Source: Oscillospiraceae bacterium
Lineage (GTDB): Bacteria > Bacillota > Clostridia > Oscillospirales > CAG-272
DNA length: 64,000 nucleotides
Reading direction: 5' to 3'
Assembly: GCA_015063685.1 (NCBI GenBank)
Contig: SVTR01000004.1
Location: 3,826 to 67,825 of the forward strand
Part shown: positions 24,251-34,002 of the stretch, in pieces
Layout of the letters: each line of letters starts with the position of its first letter
Numbering within the stretch: the stretch's first letter is position 1
Notes under the pieces: model-generated
What the model was told of the DNA's origin: nothing
Database searches by the model: none
Seen by the model: only the letters and a program-made list of their open reading frames with translations
Position numbers and translations under genes: made by a program

Positions 24251-25963
24251 ATGAAATCTATGAAATTCAGAGAAATGCCCTACGTTCGCCCCGACATGGA
24301 GGCGGCCAAGACACAGATTGCCGAGCTGACCGAGCGATTCAGGAACGCCCCTGATTACGCTGCCGCCAAGGCTGTCTTTTTGGAGTATCAGACGGCCGAA
24401 AAGCACCTGCAGACCCTTTGCACCCTGGCCGAGATCCGCCACTCCATCGACACCCGCGACGAGTTCTATGACGCCGAGGTGAAGTATATCGACAACACCA
24501 TGCCTGAGATCCAGGAGTACGCACAGGGTTGGGTGGCCGCCATGATGGCCTCCCCTTATCGCGCGGATTTCGCCCGTGAGTACGGTGATCTCATGTTTGT
24601 CAACGCCGAGATCGCCCTGAAAACCTTCTCCCCCGAGATCATCCCCGAGATGCAGGCCGAGAACGATCTGACCACCACCTATTCCAAGCTCATCGCCTCG
24701 GCGCAGATCCCCTTTGAGGGCGGCGTCTACACCCTCTCCCAGCTCACCCCCTTCAAGACCGACCCCGACGATGCCCGCAGACTGGCGGCGTGGAAGGCTG
24801 AGGGCCAGTGGTACAAGGACAACCAGGCCGAGCTGGATCGCATCTACGACGAGCTGACCCACCTCCGCGACACCATGGGCAAGAAGCTGGGCTACGAGGG
24901 CTACACCACCCTGGGCTACTACCGCATGGGCCGCAACTGCTACACCGAGGCCGACGTGAAGCAGTTCCGCGCCGCCGTGGTCAAGTACCTCGTCCCCGTG
25001 GCAGACGCCATCTACCGCGCCCAGGCCAAGAGACTGGGCAAGACATATCCCTTGAGCTTTGCGGATGCCGCCCTCATGTTCCGTTCGGGCAATCCCCGCC
25101 CCGCCGGCACCGCCGAGGATATTCTGAAGCAGGGCGATAAGTTCTACGACGAGCTGTCCCCCGAGACCTCCGAGTTCTTCCGCACCATGCGGGCGCGGGA
25201 GCTTCTGGACGTCCTCTCCACCGAGGGCAAGCAGGGCGGCGGCTACTGCACGGGCATTATGGACTACGAGGTACCCTTCATCTTCGCCAACTTCAACGGC
25301 ACCCAAGGGGACGTGGAGGTGGTGACCCACGAGGCGGGTCACGCCTTCGCCTGCTGGATGAACCGCGACCGCATTCCCGTGGACTACGTTTGGCCCTCCA
25401 TGGAGGCCTGCGAGGTTCACTCCATGTCCATGGAATTCTTCGCCTGGCCTTGGGCTGAGGGCTTCTTCGGAGCTGACACCCGCAAGTTCCTCTACAGCCA
25501 CCTGGCGGGGGCTTTGACCTTCATCCCCTACGGTACCATGGTGGATCATTTCCAGCATGAGGTCTACGCGAGACCCGACATGACCCCCGCAGAGCGTCAC
25601 GGCGTGTGGAAGGAGCTTCTGGGCGTGTATATGCCTTGGATGAAGCTGGACGGTGAGATCCCCTTCTACGCCGAGGGCGAGGGCTGGCAGAGACAGCAAC
25701 ACATCTACAACAGCCCCTTCTACTACATCGACTACTGCCTGGCGCAGACCGTGGCTCTCCGCTTCTGGGCGCTGATCCAGAACGATCTGGCCGACGCATG
25801 GGCACATTACATGGCCTACACCAAGGAAGGCGGCAGCAAGACCTTCACCGAGCTTCTCAGTCACGCGGGCTTGGAATCCCCCTTCGACGAGGCCTGCCTG
25901 CGGGCTGTCTGTGAGGAGGCCAATAAGTGGCTGAGTGAGTTTGACCTGGGCGGAATCGTGTAA
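24251..25963 (+). CDS. pepF: M3 family oligoendopeptidase (PepF-like)
   Basis: Zinc motif HEAGHAF; 570 aa. Confidence 0.88.
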   Translation: MKSMKFREMPYVRPDMEAAKTQIAELTERFRNAPDYAAAKAVFLEYQTAEKHLQTLCTLAEIRHSIDTRDEFYDAEVKYIDNTMPEIQEYAQGWVAAMMASPYRADFAREYGDLMFVNAEIALKTFSPEIIPEMQAENDLTTTYSKLIASAQIPFEGGVYTLSQLTPFKTDPDDARRLAAWKAEGQWYKDNQAELDRIYDELTHLRDTMGKKLGYEGYTTLGYYRMGRNCYTEADVKQFRAAVVKYLVPVADAIYRAQAKRLGKTYPLSFADAALMFRSGNPRPAGTAEDILKQGDKFYDELSPETSEFFRTMRARELLDVLSTEGKQGGGYCTGIMDYEVPFIFANFNGTQGDVEVVTHEAGHAFACWMNRDRIPVDYVWPSMEACEVHSMSMEFFAWPWAEGFFGADTRKFLYSHLAGALTFIPYGTMVDHFQHEVYARPDMTPAERHGVWKELLGVYMPWMKLDGEIPFYAEGEGWQRQQHIYNSPFYYIDYCLAQTVALRFWALIQNDLADAWAHYMAYTKEGGSKTFTELLSHAGLESPFDEACLRAVCEEANKWLSEFDLGGIV

Positions 25964-26020
25964 AGGAGTACGCAAGGGAAACTTTTTGAGAAAAGTTTCC
26001 CTTGACCCTTCAAAAACTTT
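25964..26020 (+). terminator. Repeated terminator-like module (GGAGTACG plus a CAAGGGAAACTTTT/AAAAGTTTCCCTTG hairpin)
   Basis: The hairpin at 25973-26004 starts directly after the pepF stop. The same module, in the same orientation relative to its gene, follows lysK at 33912-34002. Confidence 0.55.
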
Positions 26021-26055
26021 AAAAAAGTCTTGAGTCTATTTTAAGGAGGTCATCC

Positions 26056-26862
26056 ATGCACAAGCCCTTTGACGACTGGTTTTCCCGCCCGCCTGCTCAT
26101 TGTCATGACGGCGTATACTACTTTGACTCCGACCGTGACGCAGACTACTTTGATGAATCCAATGTGGCGATTTGGCGGGACGGACGCATGAAACGAAACT
26201 TCCACAGCAATTTCTTCCTCGATAACCCCGCCTCCCGCCGTCTTGTGGATCATATCGTCGGGCAAGGCGTTCCCGTGGTGGAGATCGCTTGCGGTCCGGG
26301 TATGGGACTTACTCCATCGGTGAAGCGGTTGGCACCGGGTCACGTATGCCTGGCAACAGATGCAAGCGCCCTTGTGATCGAGGAGTGGAAACGGTATCTG
26401 GACGAAAATGAGACGGTACAGAATCTTGACTTTGCCCAATTTTCCCTTATGGATATTCCGTTTCACAATGACTCGGTTCCTGCCTATTCAAGCTATATCG
26501 GGTTATCCTCTACGCGCAGCGGCGAGGCGGGACATGAGCGGGCGTTGCGGGAAATCTACAGGACCTTGATGCAAAACGGTTTCCTGTATACCGTTGAAAC
26601 GACGTGGACGGACACCGAGGCCATGCTCCGGGTGTTCCGTGAAACGGGAAAGACTCCGTGGAGCGGGCTTGGCTCGGATCACCGCGCCCCCACGTGGCGG
26701 GATAGGTTTCTGCATACCGGCTTTGAGATCCTGAGCGAAGAAGTGTTTGAATCCCGCATCCTTACTGCCGATGATAATGAGTTGGGCGAGGCCGCGGAAC
26801 AGCTGGGAATTGAGATCGGGGTGTTTTCCAAGGCGTATATTCTCCAAAAAGCGTCACACTAA
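26056..26862 (+). CDS. Class I SAM-dependent methyltransferase
   Basis: Motif I VVEIACGPGMG. RBS AAGGAGG. Confidence 0.8.
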   Translation: MHKPFDDWFSRPPAHCHDGVYYFDSDRDADYFDESNVAIWRDGRMKRNFHSNFFLDNPASRRLVDHIVGQGVPVVEIACGPGMGLTPSVKRLAPGHVCLATDASALVIEEWKRYLDENETVQNLDFAQFSLMDIPFHNDSVPAYSSYIGLSSTRSGEAGHERALREIYRTLMQNGFLYTVETTWTDTEAMLRVFRETGKTPWSGLGSDHRAPTWRDRFLHTGFEILSEEVFESRILTADDNELGEAAEQLGIEIGVFSKAYILQKASH

Positions 26863-26929
26863 CCAAGTCAGAATCCTTATCATCTCGAAAAATATCACCC
26901 ACTTACACGCGAAGGGAGACGGACACATC

Positions 26930-27526
26930 ATGAAAAAGAAGCGCACTCAGACCACCAAGGCCAAGATCGTATCGGCGGCGTGGAAGCTGTTTTACGAGCA
27001 GGGCTACGAGGACACCACCGTGGACGACATCGTCTACGAGTCCGGCACCTCCAAGGGTTCCTTTTACCATTATTTCAGCGGCAAGGATGCCCTCCTGTCC
27101 TCCCTGTCCTATCTCTTTGACGAGAAGTATGAGGAGCTGACCGATACCTTCACCCCCGACATGACCGCTATGGACAAGCTGCTGTATCTCAACTACGAGC
27201 TGTTCCGCATGATCGAGAATTCCATTTCCCCGGAGCTTCTCACCCGACTCCTCTCCTCTCAGCTCATCACCAAAAGCGAGAAGCACCTGCTGGATCACGA
27301 CCGATTTTACTATAAGCTTCTCCGCGCCATCTTCCTGGAGGGACAACAAAAGGGAGAACTGGGCACCGACCTTTCGGTCAACGAAATGGTCAAGACCTAT
27401 GCGCTTTGCGAAAGGGCCTTTCTCTACGATTGGTGCTTGGTAGGGGGCGAGTACCCTTTGGCCGAGTACAGCCGCCGCACCCTGCCTCTCTTTTTGAAGG
27501 GATATTTGTCACCTGCGGAGACGTAA
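26930..27526 (+). CDS. TetR/AcrR family transcriptional regulator
   Basis: N-terminal HTH KIVSAAWKLFYEQGYEDTTVDDIVYESGTSKGSFYHYF. Start at ATG 26930 inside listed ORF 26747..27526. Confidence 0.85.
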   Translation: MKKKRTQTTKAKIVSAAWKLFYEQGYEDTTVDDIVYESGTSKGSFYHYFSGKDALLSSLSYLFDEKYEELTDTFTPDMTAMDKLLYLNYELFRMIENSISPELLTRLLSSQLITKSEKHLLDHDRFYYKLLRAIFLEGQQKGELGTDLSVNEMVKTYALCERAFLYDWCLVGGEYPLAEYSRRTLPLFLKGYLSPAET

Positions 27527-27784
27527 AATGCCGAATGAGCCGATTTTGCAAGCATTTTTTTCTTGCCCGTTCACATTTTTTCTTGAAATTTTAAGAAAAA
27601 ATTTTTAGTCGATTTTTGATATCGATTATATTCCGAACTTCGGTCTACACAAAAAGCTGTTTGTTTTCAATGTATTTTGACAACGAACGGCTTTTTTATT
27701 TTGATTTTGTATATAATTCGTTCTGTATTTCAGTCTATTTTGATTTGTGGTATAATATGACATCTTCATGAAATCGAAAGGAAT

Positions 27785-29341
27785 ATGATTATGCAAACCT
27801 CTGAATGGATCATGCTGGCGACCATCGTCCTGTACATGGGCATGATGCTGGCCATCGGCGTTGCCGTTTCCAAAAAGAATAAGACCGCGGGAGACTTCTT
27901 CCTGGGCGGCCGTAAGCTGGGCCCCCTGGTCACCGCCATGAGCGCCGAGGCCTCGGACATGAGCGGCTGGCTCCTCATGGGACTCCCCGCCGTCGCCATG
28001 ATGGGGGGTCTCGCTGAGGCCTCCTGGACCGCCATCGGTCTGGCTATCGGTACCTACCTCAACTGGCTCTTCGTGGCCAAGCGGCTGCGCGTCTACTCCC
28101 ACCGCATCGACGCCTTTACCATCCCCGACTTCTTCTCCCGCCGCTTCGGTGACAAGAACCGTGTCTTGACCATTATTTCGGCCCTTTTCATTGTCATCTT
28201 CTTCATCCCCTACACCGCCTCGGGCTTTGCCGCCTGCGGTAAGCTCTTCTCCTCCCTGTTCGGCATCGACTACATGCTGGCCATGGTGGTCTCGGCTGCC
28301 GTCATCGTCATCTACTGCACTCTGGGCGGCTTCCTGGCCGCCTCCACCACCGACTTCGTCCAGTCCATCGTCATGACCATCGCCCTTTTCGTGGTGGTGG
28401 GCTTCACCGAGGGTCTGGTTCACGGCTTTGACGCGGTATTTGCCAACGTGCAGAGCCTGGACGGCTACCTCGACCTCTTCAAGGGCTTCAACGTGGCCAC
28501 GGGTGAGACCGGCTCCTATGGCGCTTTGCCCGTTGCCTCCACCTTGGCCTGGGGTCTGGGCTACTTCGGTATGCCCCACATCCTGCTCCGCTTCATGGCC
28601 ATCGAGGACGAGAACAAGCTCAAGACCTCCCGCCGCGTGGCCTCTGTCTGGGTGGTCATCTCCATGGGCGTGGCTGTACTGATCGGCGTGGTGGGCTTCT
28701 CCCTCATGAAGACGGGCATCCTCCCCACCTACGCCGACGCCTCCGCCGCCGAGACCATCATCGTGGATATCGCCAAGTTCCTCAGTACCTACGGCTTCGT
28801 TCCCGCCATCACGGGCGGTATCATTCTGGCGGGTATTCTGGCCTCCACCATGTCCACCGCCGACTCCCAGCTCCTGGCCGCCGCCTCCTCGGTGTCCCAG
28901 AACCTCATCACGGAGACCTTCCGGATCAAGATGTCCACCAAGACCAACATGATCATCGCCCGCCTGTCGGTGGTTGTCATCTCCATCGTAGCCATTTTCC
29001 TGGCCGCCAACCCCAACAGCTCGGTGTTCCGCATCGTGTCCTTCGCCTGGGCAGGCTTTGGCGCGGCCTTCGGTCCCGTCATCCTCTGCGCCCTGTTCTG
29101 GAAGCGTACCAATAAGTACGGTGCCATTGCGGGTATGATCGCAGGCGGTGTGACCGTCTTCATCTGGAAGTTCGTGGTTCGCACCCTCTGTGCCGGCACC
29201 ATCCTGGATATCTATGAGCTGCTCCCCGCCTTCATCGTGGGTCTTGTTGTCATCATCGTGGTCAGCCTCTTGACTCCTGCTCCCGACGGGGAGATTACCG
29301 ACACCTACGACGAGGTCAAAGAGAATTGCAAGGGCTTCTGA
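27785..29341 (+). CDS. putP: Sodium:proline symporter (SSS family)
   Basis: FFLGGRKLGPLVTAMSAEASDMSGWLLMGLP and about 13 TM helices. The true start may be the third codon (ATG 27791), given the spacing from AAAGGAA. Confidence 0.88.
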   Translation: MIMQTSEWIMLATIVLYMGMMLAIGVAVSKKNKTAGDFFLGGRKLGPLVTAMSAEASDMSGWLLMGLPAVAMMGGLAEASWTAIGLAIGTYLNWLFVAKRLRVYSHRIDAFTIPDFFSRRFGDKNRVLTIISALFIVIFFIPYTASGFAACGKLFSSLFGIDYMLAMVVSAAVIVIYCTLGGFLAASTTDFVQSIVMTIALFVVVGFTEGLVHGFDAVFANVQSLDGYLDLFKGFNVATGETGSYGALPVASTLAWGLGYFGMPHILLRFMAIEDENKLKTSRRVASVWVVISMGVAVLIGVVGFSLMKTGILPTYADASAAETIIVDIAKFLSTYGFVPAITGGIILAGILASTMSTADSQLLAAASSVSQNLITETFRIKMSTKTNMIIARLSVVVISIVAIFLAANPNSSVFRIVSFAWAGFGAAFGPVILCALFWKRTNKYGAIAGMIAGGVTVFIWKFVVRTLCAGTILDIYELLPAFIVGLVVIIVVSLLTPAPDGEITDTYDEVKENCKGF

Positions 29342-29355
29342 GTCTTTGGTATACG

Positions 29356-29391
29356 GATCCCTCCCGCGCAAAAGTGCGGGAGGGATTTTTG
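29356..29391 (+). terminator. Rho-independent terminator after putP
   Basis: GGATCCCTCCCGC-loop-GCGGGAGGGAT followed by TTTTTG. Confidence 0.7.
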
Positions 29392-29536
29392 TAAGATGTC
29401 CTGCGTTTTTTTCTTTATTTTTTGACAGATAAATTTTATCTTTATCTTGCATTTTCAAAAAAGATATGATATACTAAATATGTATTTTTATCTCGCGGGG
29501 GAAGGATGGTGTTCGCGCAGGCGGACGTACGACAGT

Positions 29537-31051
29537 ATGGCACACGTTGATTCAGCAAGAAACCACGGGATTCGGGAAGGCTTCAGCAACGAAACCTATA
29601 TCCGATTGCAATCCCAGAAGATCCGAGATCGCATCAATGCCTTTGGCGGCAAGCTCTACATGGAGTTTGGCGGCAAGCTTTTCGACGATTATCACGCTGC
29701 CCGCGTTCTGCCGGGCTTTGCTCCCGACGCAAAGCTCTGCATGCTTCAATCCCTGGCTGACGAGGCCGAGATCGTCATCGCCATCAATTCCGCAGATATC
29801 GAAAGCAACAAATACCGGGGAGATCTGGGGATTACCTACGATCGTGAGGTCATGCGCCTCATCGACTGCTTCCGCCGGGTAGGTCTTTACGTGGGCAGCG
29901 TGGTTCTCACCCGATACACGGGTCAGCACTCTGCCGACGTGTTCAAAAAGACCATGGAAAACCTGGGCGTCAAGGTCTACCGCCATTATCAGATCAACAA
30001 TTATCCCTCCGACGTGGCTCACATCGTCAGCGAGGACGGCTTTGGCCGCAACGATTACATCGAGACCACTCGTTCCCTTGTGGTCGTCACTGCTCCCGGT
30101 CCCGGCAGCGGCAAGATGGCTACCTGCCTGTCCCAGCTCTATCATGAGCATAAGCGGGGCGTGGCCGCGGGATACGCCAAATTCGAGACCTTCCCCATCT
30201 GGAATCTGCCCCTCAAGCATCCCGTCAACTTAGCCTACGAGGCCGCCACCGCCGACCTGGCCGACGTCAACATGATCGACCCGTATCATCTGGAGGCTTA
30301 CGGTCAGATCTCCGTCAACTACAACCGAGATATTGAGATCTTCCGTGTGCTAGAAGCCATGATGACCCGTATTTTCGGCAAGTGCCCCTACAAGAGCCCC
30401 ACGGATATGGGTGTCAATATGGCGGGCATGGCCATTTATGACGATGAGGCTGTCAGCGAGGCCTCCAAGCAGGAAATTATCCGCCGCTATTATAAAACCG
30501 CCTGTGCCCGTTGCCGCAGTCAGGCCGAGCCCGAGGAGATCCGCAAGATCGAGCTTCTTATGGATGAAGCCGGCATCACCCCCGAGGATCGTCCCACCGT
30601 TCTGCCTGCCCGTGCCGTGGCCCAGCGGACAAATCGCCCCGCCGTGGCCATTCAACTGCCGGACGGACATACTGTTACAGGTAAGACCACCGATCTTTTG
30701 GGCGCGTCCTCGGCCGCCCTGCTCAACGCCCTCAAATATCTGGCGGATATCCCCGACGAGATCAAGCTCATTTCCCCCGAGGTCATTGAGCCCATCATGC
30801 ACCTCAAAACGCATTTGGGCAGCCGCAATCCCCGTATGCACACCGACGAGCTGTTGATCGCTCTGTCCATCTGCGCCGTGACCGACGATTACGCCGCCCG
30901 AGCCATGGAGGAGCTGGACAAGATGCACGGTAGCGAGGTGCACTCCACGGTGATCCTGGCCCACGCCGACGAAAAACTCTTCGGCAAGTTGGGTGCGCAC
31001 GTCACCAGCGACCCTGTGTTTGAGGAAAAGAAGCTCTATCACGGCGCGTAA
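29537..31051 (+). CDS. DUF1846 (UPF0371) family protein
   Basis: FSNETYIRLQSQKIRDRI..KLYMEFGGKLFDDYHAARVLPGF is typical of the family. The start is uncertain; ATG 29537 was chosen inside listed ORF 29447..31051. Confidence 0.8.
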   Translation: MAHVDSARNHGIREGFSNETYIRLQSQKIRDRINAFGGKLYMEFGGKLFDDYHAARVLPGFAPDAKLCMLQSLADEAEIVIAINSADIESNKYRGDLGITYDREVMRLIDCFRRVGLYVGSVVLTRYTGQHSADVFKKTMENLGVKVYRHYQINNYPSDVAHIVSEDGFGRNDYIETTRSLVVVTAPGPGSGKMATCLSQLYHEHKRGVAAGYAKFETFPIWNLPLKHPVNLAYEAATADLADVNMIDPYHLEAYGQISVNYNRDIEIFRVLEAMMTRIFGKCPYKSPTDMGVNMAGMAIYDDEAVSEASKQEIIRRYYKTACARCRSQAEPEEIRKIELLMDEAGITPEDRPTVLPARAVAQRTNRPAVAIQLPDGHTVTGKTTDLLGASSAALLNALKYLADIPDEIKLISPEVIEPIMHLKTHLGSRNPRMHTDELLIALSICAVTDDYAARAMEELDKMHGSEVHSTVILAHADEKLFGKLGAHVTSDPVFEEKKLYHGA

Positions 31052-31064
31052 TTTCATAACTTCT

Positions 31065-31096
31065 GAAGAAGGATCTTTCGCGGATCCTTCTTTTTG
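31065..31096 (+). terminator. Rho-independent terminator after the DUF1846 gene
   Basis: GAAGAAGGATC-loop-GATCCTTCTT followed by TTTTG. Confidence 0.65.
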
Positions 31097-31192
31097 AAAT
31101 TTTTGGAGAAATTTTCGAGGCAGAGGCAGATTTGCCCTGTGAGCTTCGTTATAGAGGATGAAGGAAAACACGAACAACAAGGAGGTGTGGTC

Positions 31193-31747
31193 ATGGATGA
31201 AAAAGTAACCACCCAAAGCATCGTAGCCCTGTATTTCGCCAGGGACGAGCGGGCTATCCTGGAAACCGACCGTGTGTACGGCAAGTTCTGCCTTGGGTTA
31301 TCCCAAGGCATTGTGGGCAACAAGGCTGATGCCGAGGAATGTGTCAGTGACACATATTTGAAGGTATGGAACACCGTCCCGCCCAAGGAACCCCCATCCC
31401 TGAAATCCTATCTGGCCAGGATCGTCCGCAATCTGTCCATCGACCGCTACCGCCGGAACCGTGCGGCGAGCAAGCATATTGATTTTGAGATCGCCTTGCA
31501 CGAGCTGTCCGAATGTCTCCCTGCCGAGGAAGAGACCCAAGGGGAGGTCATCTCTCTGATGGAGACCTTTTTGCGGGGTGAGGATGCCCTCAGCCGTAAG
31601 CTGTTCATGGGAAGGTATTGGCACGCCCTTAGCGTCAAGGAACTGGCAAATTATTACGGACTGACTCAAAACGCCGTCACCAAGCGGCTGACCCGTACCC
31701 GTGAAAAATTGCGGGTCTATCTCGCCGAAAGGGGGTATACTGTATGA
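31193..31747 (+). CDS. Sigma-70 family (ECF-like) RNA polymerase sigma factor, paralog of 3773..4309
   Basis: ATG 31193 follows GGAGG. It shares RNLSIDRYR, KLFMGRYWHALSVKELA and LTRTREKLRVYLAERGY with the other copy. Confidence 0.85.
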   Translation: MDEKVTTQSIVALYFARDERAILETDRVYGKFCLGLSQGIVGNKADAEECVSDTYLKVWNTVPPKEPPSLKSYLARIVRNLSIDRYRRNRAASKHIDFEIALHELSECLPAEEETQGEVISLMETFLRGEDALSRKLFMGRYWHALSVKELANYYGLTQNAVTKRLTRTREKLRVYLAERGYTV

Positions 31748-33756
31748 CTTACGTCAAGGATGAAATGCTGAATCTTGCGTCACGCATGACGGACATGAGC
31801 GAGGATCTTATCAACGAGAGCGACATCCGAGGCATTGCGGTTGCCAAACCCAAGCGAGAGCGGACGGGGCGATTCTCCGCCTTCATGAACCACCCCGCCA
31901 TGGTGGCGGTGCTGTGCGCCGTGGTGTCCCTTGGTGTGGTGGCGGCTATCGTGATGGCAGGCCAAGGCGGTCCGGACAGACCGCAGCTTGGCGGAACGTC
32001 GCCCGCGGAAACAAAGACATCTTTGGTCTATGCCGAAAGTGAAGAAACGCAGCCGAGCAGGGAAACAGAAGCCTATCCGTCGGACACGAGAAACGAAGAA
32101 CAAACAACCTTGCCTGATGAGATCATCCTTGACAGGGATGTTTACGTCTCCTACAGCTCCAATCAAGAGGGTCTGTACTTATCCGAAGAGCTTTACCCTC
32201 AGCGTAGCAATATATGGACGGCAGGTATCCAAGACGAAATACCGAGCGAAGAAAAAGTGGGCTTCTTTGACACCGCACAGCCGGAGCAATTGAAGAACCT
32301 TCCCACGGCCTATGACATAGACGGCATCTCCCTCCATTTGCAGGGAAAGAGGCAGTTGCGACGTTTCGCGCTTTATGATGCAGACCTTCATTGTCTCCTT
32401 TGGCTATATGAACCCGAAAGCATTGAGGCACAAAATTTGACGGCTGGGACTTATTATGTGCTCCTGTGCGTTGCATGGGAAACCGATAGCCACCGAGGAC
32501 AGGATGAATATACCTTTGCCTTCTCCCTGAAGGATTCGGTCGAGCGTCTGTCCGTTCCTGTTATCCTTGGGGATGAGGCGGAAACCGCCCCGCCCCAAGA
32601 ACCCGAAACCCAACCGTCTCAAAACCTCGACTACACCGCCGAGCTCCAATCTTCCATTTATACTCTGACGGATGACACCATTGATTTTACGCTAACCGCC
32701 ACAAAGCCGGGGGAGATCCTGTATTGGCGCAACAATTTTACCTTGTACCGCACGGAAGGAGACGAGGAAATCCTTGTATACCAATATGAGGGTAATATCA
32801 CTTACGAGGGCTCGGGATATGCGTCCTCGGAGGATGAATACGCCACGGCTACGGGGTGTCTCCTGATGAGCTCTATCCGCGCTTATCAAAAGGAAGAACC
32901 TCTGCACCCCGGCCACTACCGCCTGTATTTCGATGAAAAAGCCTATGACCGCCTGGTCTTTGTGGATTTCGTGCTGATTGAATTAGAAACCACCTTCACT
33001 GAACCCGAAACCCGCTATGAGCCCACCGAGCAAGTGGGAGATTACACCCTGATCCCCCATACCCCCACCGCAGGTATCAATGACAAATACTTCAAAATCT
33101 CCATGACCGCCACCGAGCCGGGCAAGGTACTGACCGCCTCTGCCGCCTATCGTCTGTACCGATTGCACGGCGACGAGGAAGAGCTGATCCACGACTATGA
33201 CGTGGAGCTTTCCGTATATGAAGAACCCGCTTCCCCCAATGACTATGCGATCTATGAGACGGGTGTATCCCTCGTTTGGGCAAAGAGCAACCTGGAGGCC
33301 AAGGGAGATACCCTGACGCCGGGATGGTATCGGGTGAAGTTTGGCAGAGCAACCTTGGATTTTGAGCTGGTTGACAAAACAGGCGCGACCCCCGAAGTCC
33401 ATCCCTTCGCCGAGCTTCCCATTCCCGTGTCGGTGTATACCGCCCCCAGCACCGAGGATATGGCGCTGTACGAGCAGTATGAGCGGGTCTATACAAGCGC
33501 GTATAAGATCGAGCGGCTTTGGGCGGTATTGCAAGGCATGACGGTGACAGAAGCCAACCCGCCCGCGGATATCCGAAGCGGGGATAATTTGGGCATCCAT
33601 GTCACCTACCCCGACGGCACAAAGGGACGCATCTTCTTTTGGGGGGAGGACTTCACGTATTTTTACGTTGATGACAGTCCTTGGTATCAGGTGCCGCCCG
33701 AAGAGGCAGAACGGCTGATGACACAGATCCAAAACGTCCTCAGCGATCCGACGTAA
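31744..33756 (+). CDS. Single-pass membrane protein (670 aa), putative partner of the upstream sigma factor
   Basis: ATGA overlap with the sigma stop. Its N-terminal region and TM segment (RFSAFMNHPAMVAVLCAVVSLGVVAAIV) resemble those of 2631..3776, but the ectodomain is unrelated and has internal repeats. Confidence 0.6.
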   Translation: MTYVKDEMLNLASRMTDMSEDLINESDIRGIAVAKPKRERTGRFSAFMNHPAMVAVLCAVVSLGVVAAIVMAGQGGPDRPQLGGTSPAETKTSLVYAESEETQPSRETEAYPSDTRNEEQTTLPDEIILDRDVYVSYSSNQEGLYLSEELYPQRSNIWTAGIQDEIPSEEKVGFFDTAQPEQLKNLPTAYDIDGISLHLQGKRQLRRFALYDADLHCLLWLYEPESIEAQNLTAGTYYVLLCVAWETDSHRGQDEYTFAFSLKDSVERLSVPVILGDEAETAPPQEPETQPSQNLDYTAELQSSIYTLTDDTIDFTLTATKPGEILYWRNNFTLYRTEGDEEILVYQYEGNITYEGSGYASSEDEYATATGCLLMSSIRAYQKEEPLHPGHYRLYFDEKAYDRLVFVDFVLIELETTFTEPETRYEPTEQVGDYTLIPHTPTAGINDKYFKISMTATEPGKVLTASAAYRLYRLHGDEEELIHDYDVELSVYEEPASPNDYAIYETGVSLVWAKSNLEAKGDTLTPGWYRVKFGRATLDFELVDKTGATPEVHPFAELPIPVSVYTAPSTEDMALYEQYERVYTSAYKIERLWAVLQGMTVTEANPPADIRSGDNLGIHVTYPDGTKGRIFFWGEDFTYFYVDDSPWYQVPPEEAERLMTQIQNVLSDPT

Positions 33757-33770
33757 TATAAAAAAACAAA

Positions 33771-33808
33771 GCCTGTGCTGACCGATTGGTCAGCACAGGC
33801 CGTTTTTG
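33771..33808 (+). terminator. Rho-independent terminator
   Basis: GCCTGTGCTGACC-GATT-GGTCAGCACAGGC followed by CGTTTTTG. Confidence 0.7.
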
Positions 33809-33834
33809 CGGATTTTCAAATGTTAAAAATACTC

Positions 33835-33859
33835 GGGCGGATATGGAATCCGCCCCTAC
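33835..33859. repeat. Single REP-like hairpin
   Basis: GGGCGGATATGGAATCCGCCCCTAC. Confidence 0.5.
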
Positions 33860-33911
33860 GGAATCGGGAAAGCGTTCGGGCAACTGATCTTTGGGGAAAA
33901 CCCCTTTTATT

Positions 33912-33957
33912 AAAAGTTTTGAGGGGTCAAGGGGAACTTTTTCAAAAGTTCCCCTTG
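33912..33957 (-). terminator. Second copy of the repeated terminator-like hairpin module (after lysK)
   Basis: The minus strand reads CAAGGGGAACTTTTGAAAAAGTTCCCCTTGACCCCTCAAAACTTT, matching the module after pepF. Confidence 0.55.
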
Positions 33958-34002
33958 CGTACTCCTCGTACTCCCCGTACTCCTCGTACTCCCCGTACTC
34001 CT
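33958..34002. repeat. Tandem repeat, 5 x 9 bp (CGTACTCCT / CGTACTCCC alternating)
   Basis: Five contiguous units that end on the first base of the lysK stop codon (34002-34004). The unit equals the GGAGTACG box, which is present once after pepF. Confidence 0.85.

Noticed and set aside
21991-25975. ORFs 21991..23799 + (602 aa) and 24215..25975 - (586 aa)
   Set aside because: They lie antisense to the EF-G paralog and to pepF respectively. Both real genes carry diagnostic motifs (GHGGSGKT/DTPG/NKCD and HEAGHAF), and the antisense translations are repetitive G/V/L/H.
27626-29458. ORF 27626..29458 - (610 aa)
   Set aside because: It lies antisense to putP. The translation is a G/D/H/E-rich low-complexity string, whereas the plus strand encodes a clean 13-TM symporter.
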